NCBI RefSeq assembly: GCF_018350175.1
Contig: NC_058368.1
Location: 110,982,001-111,046,000 of the forward strand
Reading direction: 5' to 3'
Length of the DNA stretch: 64,000 nucleotides
DNA from: Felis catus
Taxonomy: Eukaryota
The position numbers and the translations under genes are program-made. This document shows, piece after piece, positions 25,865-39,645 of this stretch (its first letter is position 1; each line of letters begins with the position of its first letter). Below the pieces are notes generated by a model that searched no databases, was not told where the DNA came from, and worked only from the letters and a program-made list of their open reading frames with translations.

Positions 25865-28800
25865 GTAAGTAACATTTTATTACACTTCACAAATGATGAG
25901 GGGAGGGGGGAAAGAGTGGCAGTGGCTTCCTTCCTGTTAGGCCTTCCCTTCTACTTCTCACTTCTCGATGTTGCTTCCATGTCAGTATTAGCTATGGTTT
26001 TGTATCCTGGAATCTTTAGAAGGTTCCAAATTTCAAGTAAAGTTGTTTTAATATTTCTGATTTTAAAATAATAACCTTTTTATTCTTTTTTAAGAGAGGT
26101 GCTTTTTTTTTTAAGTTTATTTATTTATATTTAGAAAGAGCATGAGGAGTGGGGCAGGAGAGAAGGAATCCCAAGCAGGCTCTGCATTGTCAGCACAGAG
26201 CCCAGTTTCAGACTGTGAGATCATGACCTGAGCTGAAACCAAGAGTTGGACTCTTTAATTGACTGAGCCACCCAGGTGCCCCTAAAATAATACCTATTTA
26301 TTTGTAGAAATGTGAAAGATACCAAAAATAATTTGTTGCTTAAAATTTAGCTTTTAAATAATGCAAGTGCTTGTTCAAAACTGAGATTGTTCTATATAAT
26401 TTTTTATATAGCTACTGTGATATAATTTTTTATATAGATATATAGGTACTGTGAGTACCTTATTAACTATTCTTTTACATCCTTTTTTTTTAATTTTATT
26501 TTTTTATTATTTTTTTAATTTATATCCAGATTAGCATATAGTGCAACAATGATTTCAGGAGTGGATTCCTTTAATTCCCCTTCCCCATTTAGCCCATCCC
26601 CCCTGCCACAACCCCTCCAGTAACCCTCAGTTTGTCCTCCATATTTATGAGTCTCTTCTGTTTTGTCCTCCTCCCTGTTTTTATATTATTTTTGTTTCTC
26701 TTCCCTTATGTTCATGTTTTCTTTTATATCCTTCTTAATGGCTGCAGAATGTTTTATGAGGTTGCCATAATTTATTTAATGTGTCCAGTTGGTGATTTTC
26801 AGTTTATAATTTAATTTATTTATTTTTAAAGTTTATTTATTTAGAGAGAAAGTGAGGGAGGGGCAGGGAAAGAGGGAGTGAGAGAATCCCAAGCAGGTTC
26901 TGCGCTGTGAGCCCAGAGCCCAGTGCAGGGCTTGAATTCAAGAACTGTGAGATAATGAACCGAGCGAGATCAAGAGTCAGATGTTTAACCAACTGAGCCA
27001 CCCAGGCACCCCAGTTGGTGATTGCAGAACCTGACTTGGGGCTCAAACTCCTGACCATGAGATTGTGACCAGAGCCAGAATCCAGAGTAGGATGCTCAAG
27101 GGACTCAGCCACCCAGGTGCCCCTTAAATAGCACTTTGAACATTCTTGAAAACCTTCCCAAATACCCATACTATTGTTATCGAATATAAGTTTTTACAAG
27201 TGGGATTATTGGGTCAAAGATTCATATGTTTTCAAGGCTTTTTTAAATACAGTTTTCCATTTTTTCTCTATTCCTATTTTCACTTGTAGAAATTACTGTT
27301 TTCCATAAATGATTGCTGAGTGACTCTTTATAATTAAATTTGCTCTTCTGTGATCTCTTATTTATTTCAAATATATGTATATTCCTGGATTATAAATTAC
27401 AGTATGAAAGATTTAAGTTTTCTTTTTTATAACCTTTGTTCATTTAAATATGGTCTTCTCCATCAGTTCACTTAATTCCAGAAGGAGTCACTTAACATTT
27501 ATTCCACTTTTATCTTAGACTTGTTATCGAATCAGATTCACAATGTGGTAAGAAGGCTCTGTAAATCAAAGTGGGAAACTATATAATGTGCAGGGGGTGG
27601 TGGTGGTCTATGTGTGTAAGGTGTGTAGTATTTTCAACCTTAGGGAAACATGTATTAGATTATTTCTCATCCCTTTGTATTAATAACATGGTTTCCCTTT
27701 TTTCTTTTATCAGAATTTTTTTTTTCAGTTTATTTATTTTGACAGAGCAGGAAAGGGGCGGAGAGGGAAGGAGAGAGAGAGAGAGAGAGAGAGAGACACA
27801 TACACACACACACACACACACATGCACGCACGCTCCACAGCGGCAGCATGGAGCCCGGTGTGCTCAAACTCCCCAACCATGACCTGAGCCAAAGTCAGAT
27901 GCTTAACTGAACCACCCAGGCACCTTAGTATTTTATTAACTTTCTGGTCTACTTTTTAAACATCTTTATTTGAAGTATAATTCATGTATCATGCTATTCA
28001 TTCATTTAAATTGTACAGTTCAGTGGATTTTAGTATATTCACTGAGTTATGCAGCCATCACCATAATCACGTTTAGAACATTTTATCTCTCCCAAAAAAA
28101 ATCCCATGACAATGAGCAGTCCTTCTCCTTTGTCCCAGCACCCCAGCCCTAGGCAGTTATATTTTCTGTCTCTATGTATTTGCCTGTTCCGGACGTTTCA
28201 TTTAAATGAAATGCTATAATTCACGTGGGCTTTTTGTAGCTTTCAGCTAGCATAGTTTTCAGGGTTCATCGATGTTTTAACCGTACTTCATTTCATTTTA
28301 TTGCTTCAAGTGAGATTTCATTTTATGAATATACTGTATTTTGTTTATCCATTTGTCATTTGATGGATGTTTGTGGCTTCTAGTTTACTTTTGGATTACT
28401 TTAAATAGTTACTACTTTAAAACTTAATCTATACTTAGTGTTGTGTTGTGTGGACTTGCCAAGTTTGATGTTCCTGTAGGATAGATAGTAAGCCACTGAC
28501 TAAGCTGCTTTAAAGCAGAGAGTTAAATCTGATCTAAAGCTAAAAAGTAGACATAGCTAGCACACGGATGGTCATTGACACCATGAGAGTGGATAACATT
28601 GCCCAGAGGGTGTATACAGGGCAAGAAGGAAGAGGATGGAGATTAGAACCCTGAGAAATGACAGCATTTATGTATAATTTGCCCCTCTCCCCAAAAAAGC
28701 CTCACTATTCTTATCTTTATGTGGAGTGATCTGGCTGGCTCCATGAAGTTTTCCAAAGTTTGGCAGTATCTATAACATTTAAACGCATTTATCCTTTATC

Positions 28801-28997
28801 AAGACAGCAGTTCCACTTGTGGAAGTTTTTCATGTAGACATATAGTCTCACAAGTGTTCACTGGGGTGCCTGGGTGGCTCCGTCAGTTAAGCATCCTACT
28901 CTTGACTTTGACTCAAGTCCTCATCTCACACTTCATGAGTTAGAGCCCCGCGTTGGGCTCTGCACTGATGGCATGGAGCCTGCTTAGGAGTCTCAAC

Positions 28998-29032
<35 letters not shown>

Positions 29033-29838
29033 AAATTATGTTCATTAATTCACATACAGTTTAAGAGGGGAAAAAACCTCCCAAATGTTAAAGACTTAAA
29101 ACGTTTTAATCACTTGGTTTTCATTTTTTATGAAAGGAATGCATACTCGTTTTAAAAATAAATCATAAAATACAAGAAAAGGTAAGAGACAACAAGACCC
29201 TTTATAATCCTGTGATTTACAGATAGCCCATACTTACATTTTGGCATTTAGTCTTACAAATGTTTTTGTGACTACACATATTCCAAATGAAAAAATTTAA
29301 ATATTTTGTAAATTCTTTACAAAGTTTATTGTAAATTTTTACCACATTTGGAATCTTATTGGGGCATCTGGGTAACTTCATCGATTAAGCTTCGACTATT
29401 GATACCAGCTCAGGTCATGATCTCACAGACATGAGATTGAGCCCTGTGTCAGGCTCCATGCTGAGTGTGGAGCCTGCTTGGGATTCTCTCTCTTTCAGAA
29501 TAAGTAAATATTTTAAGAAATAATAAATAAAAATAGAAACTTATTAACATATCATGTATGTCTTTGTATATCATTAACTTAGAGTGGATATATAAGTTTT
29601 TTTAAGAGCTTTATTTAAGGAATTTAGAAATAGGGAATTTAAACAGATTCAACTCTGAAACTCTTCTGATGAAAAGGTGCAAAATAGGAGAACACTGATT
29701 TTTCTGTGAGACAGGGTTTAGTAATTAATGTTCACAACTTCTGATGGGGCCAGGCATTCTATTTGTAGTAAAGATTTCTCTTTAACTGTTAAGTATGATA
29801 AAGTTAATATGTAACCAGTTTTAGTGTTGTCTTTGCAG

Positions 29839-29927
29839 TGTATGCTGATGGCAGCATATGTTTAGATATCCTTCAGAATCGATGGAGTCCAACATATGAC
29901 GTATCTTCTATCTTAACATCAATTCAG
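29839..29927 (+). CDS. UBE2B: UBE2B exon 5 (contains the catalytic Cys)
   Basis: TTGCAG|TGTATGCT...[42 protein letters not shown]; 89 nt. Confidence 0.97.
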
Positions 29928-30883
29928 GTAAGTGTGTGTTAGGATGCATCATGATTTTTCAAGATTGTGAGGGATATAGTCAGCTTCTTTTGGAGCACTC
30001 TAAAGACCCAAGTGAGCAAACTACGCTTCCCCGCACCCAGGTAACCAATGGCACAGCTTGGATAAAAACCCATGATTTTTAGACAGTTGGTCTGCTTTTT
30101 TTGTTAGTGACCACACTGGACCAAATCCATGGTCATTTTCCTGATCCTTGTGTAAATAAAGTGTTCTCACAGGTCAAGCATGAGTTGTGCCCAAGAAGCA
30201 TAGCCAGAGGATGTGGAGAAGGAAGAAAACTCTTCTTGGAGATAGAGAAAGATGATTGCTTATAAAAACCATAGGGACCTCAAGAAACTGCCAAGTGCAG
30301 AGAAGCAGTGTTGAGTATGAATATGTTATCCCATCCGAGAAATTGTTTAAAAAAAAAAAAAGAAGAAGATAGTGTTAACCATCTGCCAAAGCACTCTGGT
30401 GGGTTCAGAGTTGACCTTGAATGAAAGTTTTGGAGAGAGGTGGACTGAGGGGTATTTTAGTTTATGTGGATTTCATAGGATCACAATTAAATTTTTGCTT
30501 GAGACATTTTTAAAGCTTTTTCTATCACATTTCTTTTTAATTCAGATCATTTTATAAACATTGTTTTTAGCTATTTCTATTTCTTGGCTAATGGTTTCAG
30601 TATGTTGAAGAATACTCTTCAAATTTCCTTGAAATTAGAGGTCTTAAGACACTTGAGAACTATGAGTTTTGGAAGTTTAAGTTTTCTAGCATCAGGAAAG
30701 TTATTACAGTGATCAGGCCATTTCTGAAACTATTTTAAGACCTAAAAATACAGAAGATCTATCTGCCATTTAATTAGTGAATAATTTGTTGTTTTGTACA
30801 ACTCCTGTGCTCCATATCTAACCCACGTTAATGTAAAGAATAACTTTGCAAATCTTTTTTTTCTTTTCTGTCTTTCCATCTAG

Positions 30884-31012
30884 TCTCTGCTGGATGAACC
30901 GAATCCAAACAGTCCAGCCAATAGCCAGGCAGCACAGCTTTATCAGGAAAACAAACGAGAATATGAGAAAAGAGTTTCGGCCATTGTTGAACAAAGCTGG
31001 AATGATTCATAA
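30884..31012 (+). CDS. UBE2B: UBE2B exon 6 coding part
   Basis: CATCTAG|TCTCTG...; [42 protein letters not shown], then TAA followed by TAG. The six exons total 459 nt = 152 aa plus stop. Confidence 0.97.
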
Positions 31013-32225
31013 TAGACATCTGGTCTGTTAATTTTTTTCATCATTGTTGTGTATAATTTACCTCTCAGTAGAAAGGCTAACACATTTTAAGTGCCACAGG
31101 TTTTAAGGATTCTGCAGAAAAAAAAAAAAGTCCTTCAGTTTAGACCTACAAAAGCTTGTGTATCTTGATTAATGTACTTTTTATTGCATGGTGTGAACTA
31201 AGTTATTGCTTACATAAATTTGTAATATATCCTGTTTGTATTTTTTTCCAAGTGTATAATGTTGGTGTGGAGTTTTCATGACAGAATAATACACATTTTG
31301 TAAATCTGTACTTTTTTCAAATATTGAATGCCTTATTTTTGAATTCTTTAGATTTTTAAATTGGAGAAAAGCACTTAAAGTTTTTTATATATGAATATTA
31401 CATGTAAAGCTGTTAAAATACATAACTTCAGTGCAAGAGACTTTGTCACTTATTTCCTTATCTGTGTAGGAGGGGTTAATAAGTCTCTAGCTCTCCCATC
31501 AATTGATCGTTTCATTTCCAATTTCAAAAGAACAGTTTTATATTTTATCAAGAAATTCTTCAAATTTGATTCTAAACACCAATTATAATTTCATTTTATT
31601 TTGAATGAATGAAACTATATCAGTTTCACTTGAGCAATCATAGACATAACTGGTTTGATTCTGTCCCACTCTGTATTTAGGCCACTTGTTACTGTTTCTT
31701 CCTGCACTATTTACTGTTAAACTGTACCTTTTGCAATTTCACAGTTTGTACCTCTACCGTGAGGATTTGGCACCTCTACCTGGAGCACAGAGCTAATGCA
31801 ATTTATTTTGCTGCTTGATAGCACTTTAAAAATTTTTTGATAAAGTAAAACTGTAAACACTTATCAAAACCCATGCCCCACTATTAACACTGAATAAGAT
31901 TTGATTGCATTGGTTTAGCAAGGCAGATATTTGGAAGGAATCTTGGTGTAACTTAAAATATTTGAAAACTGCCTTTTAATGCAATTGCGTATCTGTTTAT
32001 TCTGGAAAATTGTTTTAATACCAGGGCCTGCTGAGTTGCATTCTCTTGTGGAGATTTTTTTTTTTTTTTTTAATCTCCTAAGTTGTATAAAAGTTGTACT
32101 GCATCTTAGTTTACTGGATAAATTTAAAACACAGTATTGTAGAAAGCTAATACAAAGCTATCCTATGCCTTCAAATAGCACAGAAAATGGAAAATATACA
32201 AGTAAATTCTGTTGAACCACCTGTG
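31013..32225 (+). other. UBE2B: UBE2B 3'UTR (end approximate)
   Basis: AT/U-rich, repeat-free sequence after the stop. Variant poly(A) hexamers AATATA (32193) and AGTAAA (32201) are followed by GT-rich sequence. Confidence 0.55.
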
Positions 32226-33329
32226 TAGTCTTTCTAGTTCAGTTAAAACAGCTATTGAGTAACCCCAGTAGTTTCTTGTCCTATTCTTACCAGCTTAGTA
32301 AGCTAGTAGCTGCTTCTCTGTTGGAAGACTGTAGGATAGCAATATGTACAGCTTCTATTTATTAAGCAAAGTTTAACACTGGAAGGATGTTTCCCTTTAA
32401 AAGTTATTACTTGGCAAATTTTGGAGTAAGTATGATCTTAGGAAGCTTTTCATACAAATGAGAGTCCACTCACTGGAATTAATGGCCAAAAAAAAAAAAA
32501 AAGTTTAAAGGTACTTTTTGCTCATATCAAATGTGTGATGCTTTCATATTCAGCTCTCAGACAAATTATAGTTCCCGTAGACATTACTCCAGTGACTGAC
32601 TGACTCTTATTTTAAATACACAGTAGGTATGAGAGTCTCCCCTCTTATTTCATTAAATGCTATTTGGTTACTGCTTCAAAATCTATTTTTACCTTAATCT
32701 GTTTTCCTCTTCCCATCTAAAATTGAAACATTTCAGGTGTTGATAATTATAAGAGGGTTACATCTCACTTTGCAGGGAGTCTGTGAGATCCAAGTCCTAA
32801 ATTCAGCACACACCTAAAACTCTTACCATGAAACTCAACATTCCCAGTAGAGAAAATTCTTAGGAATATTTCTCTCCCAATTATTCCTCAGGTATTTTCT
32901 TCAGCCTTGGAACAGAGTCCTATTTCTTTGGTTGAGTACTAGATGAAAACCCTCTATTTATAAGGTTAGATCATACAAAAAAATCTGTAAACTAGGTAAA
33001 TTTTATAAATGTATGGCAAGAGGCTAGAACTAAGTTATTTATTTTGGTATGAAGTTGGATTCATGCTGAAGTTTAAATGCATTTATGATGCATTTTCCTC
33101 TGTAAAAGTACTTTTTTTTTTCCATATTTATTTATTTTGGGGGAGAGCACAGCAGGAGAGGGGCAGATAGAGGGGGACAGAGGATCGGAAGCGGGCTCTG
33201 TGCTGACAGTGGTGAACCCGATGTGGGGCTTGAACTCACAAAATGTGAGATCATGACCAGAGCTGAAGTCAGATGCTCAACCGACTGAGTCACCCAGGTG
33301 CCAGCACCCTGTTAACATGGAATGCTCTA

Positions 33330-33540
33330 CATGCATGGCATTATTCAAAACACTTCAACATATGATCACTTTCAAACTCACAGTAATCCTGTGAGGGTAG
33401 CTAACCATTATGTTATAGATGAAGAATTGGGTACAGAGAGATAAAGTGACTTGGTCTAGGTCAACCAACTAGCAAGTGATAGAGCTGGGATTTGTACCTG
33501 GCCAATCTGGTCTTTTACCCAAGAACTGTACTGCCCCTTA
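33330..33540. mobile_element. MIR
   Basis: MIR core-like ATAGATGAAGAATTGGGTACAGAGAGATAAAGTGACTTGGTCTAGGTCA...AGAGCTGGGATTTG. Confidence 0.7.
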
Positions 33541-36500
33541 GGAAATATTAAGGAATTAAGTTCACAGTTTTAGAAAATCTATAATACTTTAGTTGATTTA
33601 GAATTATGTACAGATTTATATCTATCCAGTGAAGAGGTTTTCTTGACCATTATTTTCTACCTCCCCCTTTTTTTTTTCTTTTTTGGTAAACAAGTCTGGA
33701 TATAGGAACACTTTCTGCTCTCTGATATAAAAGACTATGACTTAACAATAGAGCACATTTTAACTCCTTCATGGAACTATTCTTGAGTCAGTACTCTCCC
33801 CTCCCCAACCCCAACCACCCAATAAAAAAGTTCCATGAATAACTTCTGAAACTGATGTAAAAATTCTGACTCCTGTAGGTAGAAGGTACTGGAGAAGAAA
33901 TCTATTAAAGGTGCCTTAGTTAACAGTATTTTGTGCTGAGTAAACAAAGTCTACTTAATTTATTCATTTAGTACTCTTAAGAAAGAACCCCCTGGGGTTT
34001 ATATAGCAGTTTAGAGTTTTGTTTAAGGTATTTTGATCTCTCAATTCCAGATTTTAAAAGATAGCAATCAACTTTTTAGGTCTTGGTGGTATTTATTACA
34101 ATTCCTTTCTATTGCATTTAGCAGTGCAAAGTCCCAAAGGAATCTCATTTATGTGAGGATTATTATGTAAATTAAAAAGTCAGTGGTTGCACGGCTATTA
34201 AAGGTAAATGAAATTGTCCATAGGGCAAGGGCCTTGTGCCAAGACAGTAGCCCTGTTACTTCAGTTCCCATCTAGTTAGGAAAAAACTGAGCTGTTGTCA
34301 GCTAAGAGTAAAGATTAGTTACCTTTAATTATTCAAGTATATGACATATTAGAGGAAAGAGATTAGAAACAAAGTTTTACTGTTGAATTTACTTTTTTCT
34401 CTGTCCTCTGAAAAAGAAGATACAAGTGCATGTGCCATTCCTCTTTGAGTAATTTCTCCACCTCCCCTATCCCTCAACTGCATTGGTTTAAAACAGTTTT
34501 GTTAATAGTGTCTTGAGGTTTGTACATTTCCTGTCATAGCATGGGCTAGGGCTTTTTTTAGTTGGCCAAAAAGACATGAGCTGTGCCTTTTGCAAACCTT
34601 TTTGAGTATATGACTCATGTCAGGCTCAACATTAGTGCTCCTTGCTGGTTGAAATCAAGAATCCTGGAAGGAAGGGCTTCAAGCTTCCTTTTTGGCATAT
34701 GGAGGATTCAGACTTGGGTAAAAAGCCCGAATGGAATGACTTTCAGGAACTGCCAGTGATTTGAGTGCTAAAGATTGGCCACATAATGCTTTTGTTTATC
34801 AGTGACTTGTCAGTGATACTTTTGAAAAGCCTCCAGAGTGTGTACTGTGCTGAGAAAAAGCAAATAACCTTCTAGTTAGTTAGGTCTTTATATGGTGATG
34901 GTGTTGGTTACAAGTATGATGCTTCTGCAGGCTTTTGGGGGGAGGTTAGCTATCTAAACTCTTACCTGAAAGACTGGGATCCTTAAAGTGCCACGGGGTT
35001 GAGTACTTGTCTAGAGGGAACCAGAGCCTATCTCTGAAAGGATCTCCTCAGGCTCCATCAACCTGTACCATTTAGTTGTCATTCTTCCTGGAATGCAGGA
35101 CGGATTCTGTGGTGTCTTGAAGGCTGCCAAAATGCAAACATAAGAGCACTTAAGGCAGACCTCTTAATGCTGCTTCCTGTCTGAAGCCCAAAGTATAAGT
35201 TGCCCTTTCCTTTCCCCCTTTACAAACAAGGCTTTTTGCCAAGAATAGCACAGCCCACCTAATGAATTAGACTAGCTTCCCTCCTGAGTTGGAGAATGTC
35301 AAATGCAGAGAGACTTGCAGCTCTTTGGCCTCCGTACAAAGTCATTTTACAAAACTGAGTTAGGAAATTTTTATGTTACTGTGGTGGTGCGAGTACAGAG
35401 ACCAATAAGAACTGGAAACTTGTCCTGATAACATCCTGGGCAGAGAATAGGAAAAGAATCCACAGAGTCCAGCCCATGTCATCAACTGCAGCAAAGGCTT
35501 GGAATATCACCTCCAAAGGAAAGCTGGATTAGTGACCCTGCTGGGTTTTAGTGGGCTTTGGTTAGAGAACTGTACCTGTACAACACATAAGGCTTTGGTT
35601 TCAGGTGGAGACTCCCTGGAACAACAGCTGGAAGGTTGCCTTTAGAATGAAGACTGTCAATCCCAGGGATGGGTACAAGGGATCTTGTACAAGATCTGTC
35701 AATCTTGTACAATCTTGTACAAGACTGTCAATCCCAGGGATGGGTACCCAAGCCAGAAAGATCAGTGAGAGCAATACTGGGGCCTGATGACAGTGAGGTT
35801 GATGGCCCATTTTTTCAGGGAGAAAGTTTCTCTGGCTTTTGTTAGCCCTTACACATCAGTTAGTTGATGGACTGCCGATTTTTTTGCACAGAGCAGCTTG
35901 AGAACACAGTCACCATGGCACCCTCTCAAGACCAACTATGAGGGATCAGGCTATAAAAGCAACAGTACAAGTACAGTTCCAAAGACTGGAATGTAAATCA
36001 AATACTAGGAACTCCTTTCCAGACAGCCTCTGGCAGTACATGCACAAGCCTGGGCAGGAGGCCAATAGAACAGCAGAGGACCTCCAGGTTCCAAGCTCCA
36101 GATCCTCTGGAGACACTGATTAGCAGGTTTCTGGGTTTTGTTACAAAAGTAGAACACAATCATAAAAAATCATTTGGTAAACACGAAGGTAGAAGGAAGC
36201 ACGGGTCACTGTGAAGTTGAAAACGGCTGGCTCAAGGGGAAGTGGGGCTGTAGGTGGTGGTCCAAGCCCAACTGTTTGTCATGTGGAGCCTGTAATTCAC
36301 ACCAAGTTTTAAGGAATCTCCTACAGCTTACAGGTGAGACTCAGGCAAGCCTACCATGCAGCCAGTGCTAGAGCAAAGGCCACATTCATGGAGAAAGGAG
36401 AACACCCATAGCCTTTGCCGGACATTAAATCAGGGCTGCATGGTTCAGTGCCTGCTGCCATTGAGTTTGTCAGCATTGCTACCGAGTACCTACTGTGTGT

Positions 36501-39500
36501 TAAGTCACATCTTTGGTCGTACTCTAGAACTTCGACTGATGTGTTCTGCCCTTCTGCAGCCCTGGGGATGGAGTCTGACCTTGTGGGGGTCATTGTGAGT
36601 GCTAATTTTTCTTTTGTGTAAATATAAGTTAGTTGAAACATTTCATATTTTCCCAGTTTGTCCTCAAAGCAAGAGTAGGGTAGGAATGAAATAGGGAGAA
36701 CTCACTAAATGCCAGGTACTTAAAGACAGATTTTTCCACTGAATCCTATAATCAAGATCAAAGCAAGAATCATCCCCCACTTTGAAGACCCTTACACTAA
36801 GGAGTGAAATAAATCAGGAGGAACGAATTCCCTACCGCTTCACAAGTTCAATTAAATTCTTTTTTTTTTTTTTTAATGTTTATTATGAGGGAGAGGGAGA
36901 GACAAAATCCCAAGCAGGCCCAGTGCTGTGCTGTGGGCAGGGAGCCCACACAGGACTCCATCCCACAAACCATGAGCTCATGACCTGAGCCAAAATCAAG
37001 AGCTAGATGCTCAATTGACTGAGCCACTAGACAGGCGCCCCTCAATTAAATATTCTTAATATGAGAAAATGTCAAAGGGAAAGGAAAATGCAGCCCAAAA
37101 GTGAGATTGTGATGCTAGCATTCACAGCAAAGCAAGGGCTTTAGTCAGTAGGCCCAAACAGTTCAGGGTCGACCTTATTGTTAACTGCCCTTTCACCAAA
37201 CCAGGGGAAGATCAAGACCTGCCTCCACATGCCCTCACAGCATTTCTCCCAGGCAAATAGGCCAGAGGACCATAATCAAGGATATTTTGGGGTCATTTGC
37301 CTACTTTTCCTAGGCTGAGAAAGAAGGATGGGACTTGGGCTGGGACTACTTGGATAATTTCTAAAGAGCCACCCTTGACTGACAGTGCTGTCAAGGAAAA
37401 AAGCTCTGGTTCACATGCCCATGTTTAGGATAGATTAAGAATTCTAGCTTCCATCTAATGGGATTTTAATAGTCTCAATTTTTACTTTCTTTTTTGATTC
37501 CTAAGGGAATCTGTTCAGGTAATACATTCTTGTTCCCTCCACCTTCTCAGCTAGTCCTCTTGTCTGTGGGCAAGGCTTCAGGCTCACCTCCCTCTGTGAT
37601 GAGCACATGTGCAAAGGACTCTGCCCCTACTGCTGACATTGTGAGAAAAACTAAACCAAAACGAGAAGGGCAGCCAACACGCTGTCACCACTAGGCCTGG
37701 GAGTCCCAACTTGCAAGGAGCAGAGTAAACTTGGGGAAAGAAACAACCTCCTCTGGTTTGTTTTTCACTTAAATAAATGGATAAATAGGCTCTTTCGCTT
37801 CGTTGCCATTTATCTATTTTAATGACAAGCAAGGCAGGAGAGATTCTTTATTTTCCCCAAACAATGTATGTGTGTGTTATCTATATATCTCCATGAGGGC
37901 AGAGATTTTTTTAGTGTGCATTCAGTATTCACTGAAAGAAGCAATTTCCATATGACCACAAACCTATTTAAGTTCTAAAACCCTTGCCTCTAAGATTTGT
38001 TTAGTCTTAACTCCTACAGAAACAAAAGGTGTCCCTGAACTAGTCAACAATGAGAGTCGTGACGAGATGACAGGATACCTAGCTGACAGTCTCTTTCCAG
38101 ACAAAAGGGTACCTCACAGAGACTTTAGAGCTGGACAGCTAGGAAACACTTAAGTTATCTAACATTTAGAATAATGTAAATCTCATTTCAGATGCAACAA
38201 GGTATTTTCAGTGCCGTTTACTACAAATAGCAAAGGATCAGAGGATGGGCAGTGATAATGATTCCTCCCAGTGCCCATGGAATAGGTAAGCCACAGGTCC
38301 ACATGGATCCTGGAAAATCCTTGCCTCTGCCAAAGCGAGAGTTTCATCAGCTGGGCTATAGGCTCTAAGGAATATTGGAAAAAGGAATTTTCTGGGTAAC
38401 ATAAAAGGGTGTCATGGTTAAGTGAGCACCCTACACAGTACTGTTATTATTACTTGCTGCTCACAAGGTCTTGAGACTTAAGTCTTTGACAGAAAAGATA
38501 CACTCTAGTTATGATAAGGACAGTTTACCATGTCCTTCCTCTTAATCTCATTTGATCCTTACCCCATGTTAGACAGGAATGCACATACCAAGGCAAGTAT
38601 CTTACAGCAAGCTCCTGTTTCAACACTAAGAGTGGGCTGTTTTACCTACACTACAAGGACTGCTCCAGTGCAAAAATTTAGATTTCTGTGCTACTTTCTA
38701 TTCCAGAAGAACATAAAGGATGAAATTCTAAAATACTGGTTCATTTTTTAGATGAGAAGAAAAACAGAAAGCTTAAGCTGAGGAAATAATGAGATAACCT
38801 ATTAGAAAATGGTTATCAGAAAATTTACTTTTGGTTAACTAGAGAAGTTTTCAAAAATAAACTGAAGAAGAATGTTGGGAGGCGCAGCGGGGCGCAGGCA
38901 TGGAATCTGTGCACAGATTAAGCTTGGTTTATGCAATGGATACATTCCTGACAGGATATTGCTATTTTACTGGGGCATTATATCTTACAGTGGAAATGGG
39001 ATCCATGATGAGAAACTTGTGAAAGACGCATTAAAGTGACAGCCCCACTCTGGTATTTCCCACTTTATAATTTGGTTTTTAAACCTCACAAATTTGTATA
39101 GGTAAGCAGAAAAGAAAGAAGCTAGGCCATATTTGAGGAAGGGGCTGAGGCTCACTGAGCAGTGGCTTAGCCCTGCAACATCTTCATCTCTGCCACATCC
39201 GTCTGGTAGGGATTTCTATGATCTCCATTTCCCAGGTAAGGCCAGGGAGAGACATGGCTGATCCAAAGTTATATCGGAGGTCTTGAGCTCACTTGGTCTA
39301 CCCTAGTGATCGCTACAGATTAGAGCCACAGGCTGTGCAGAGATGAGTTCCATCCAAGATGTGATGGTTAGCCTTGAGCAGTGAGAGCCTTCCCACTTTT
39401 CTGTTGCCAGAGAAATGCTCCCACAGCCAGCTCTCTTCAGCATTTCTGGGTTTTTAATTACCTGAATTTACCAGTAGGTTAAGCTAAGACAGGGTTCACT

Positions 39501-39611
39501 GTCTTTTTCACCATTACCCTCAATACCAAGCTCAGTGATGAGTGAATCCTGCTATGACTATTATATTGCTGACCCCAAATGAAGTCCCTCTCTCAGGATT
39601 TATGCCTGGAT

Positions 39612-39645
39612 ATTGCTTCTTGGCATTTTGGCTAAGATCAAGGGT
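39612..39645 (+). pseudogene. 3'-truncated U2 snRNA retropseudogene
   Basis: ATTGCTTCTTGGCATTTTGGCTAAGATCAAGGGT compared with the U2 5' end ATCGCTTCTCGGCCTTTTGGCTAAGATCAAGTGT. Flanked by the direct repeat GGATTTATGCCTGGA at 39596-39610 and 39647-39661. Confidence 0.9.

Noticed and set aside
35650..35747. Repeat-spacer-repeat pattern resembling a CRISPR unit
   Set aside because: Only two repeats, the spacer is built from the same local sequence, there are no cas genes and the context is mammalian.
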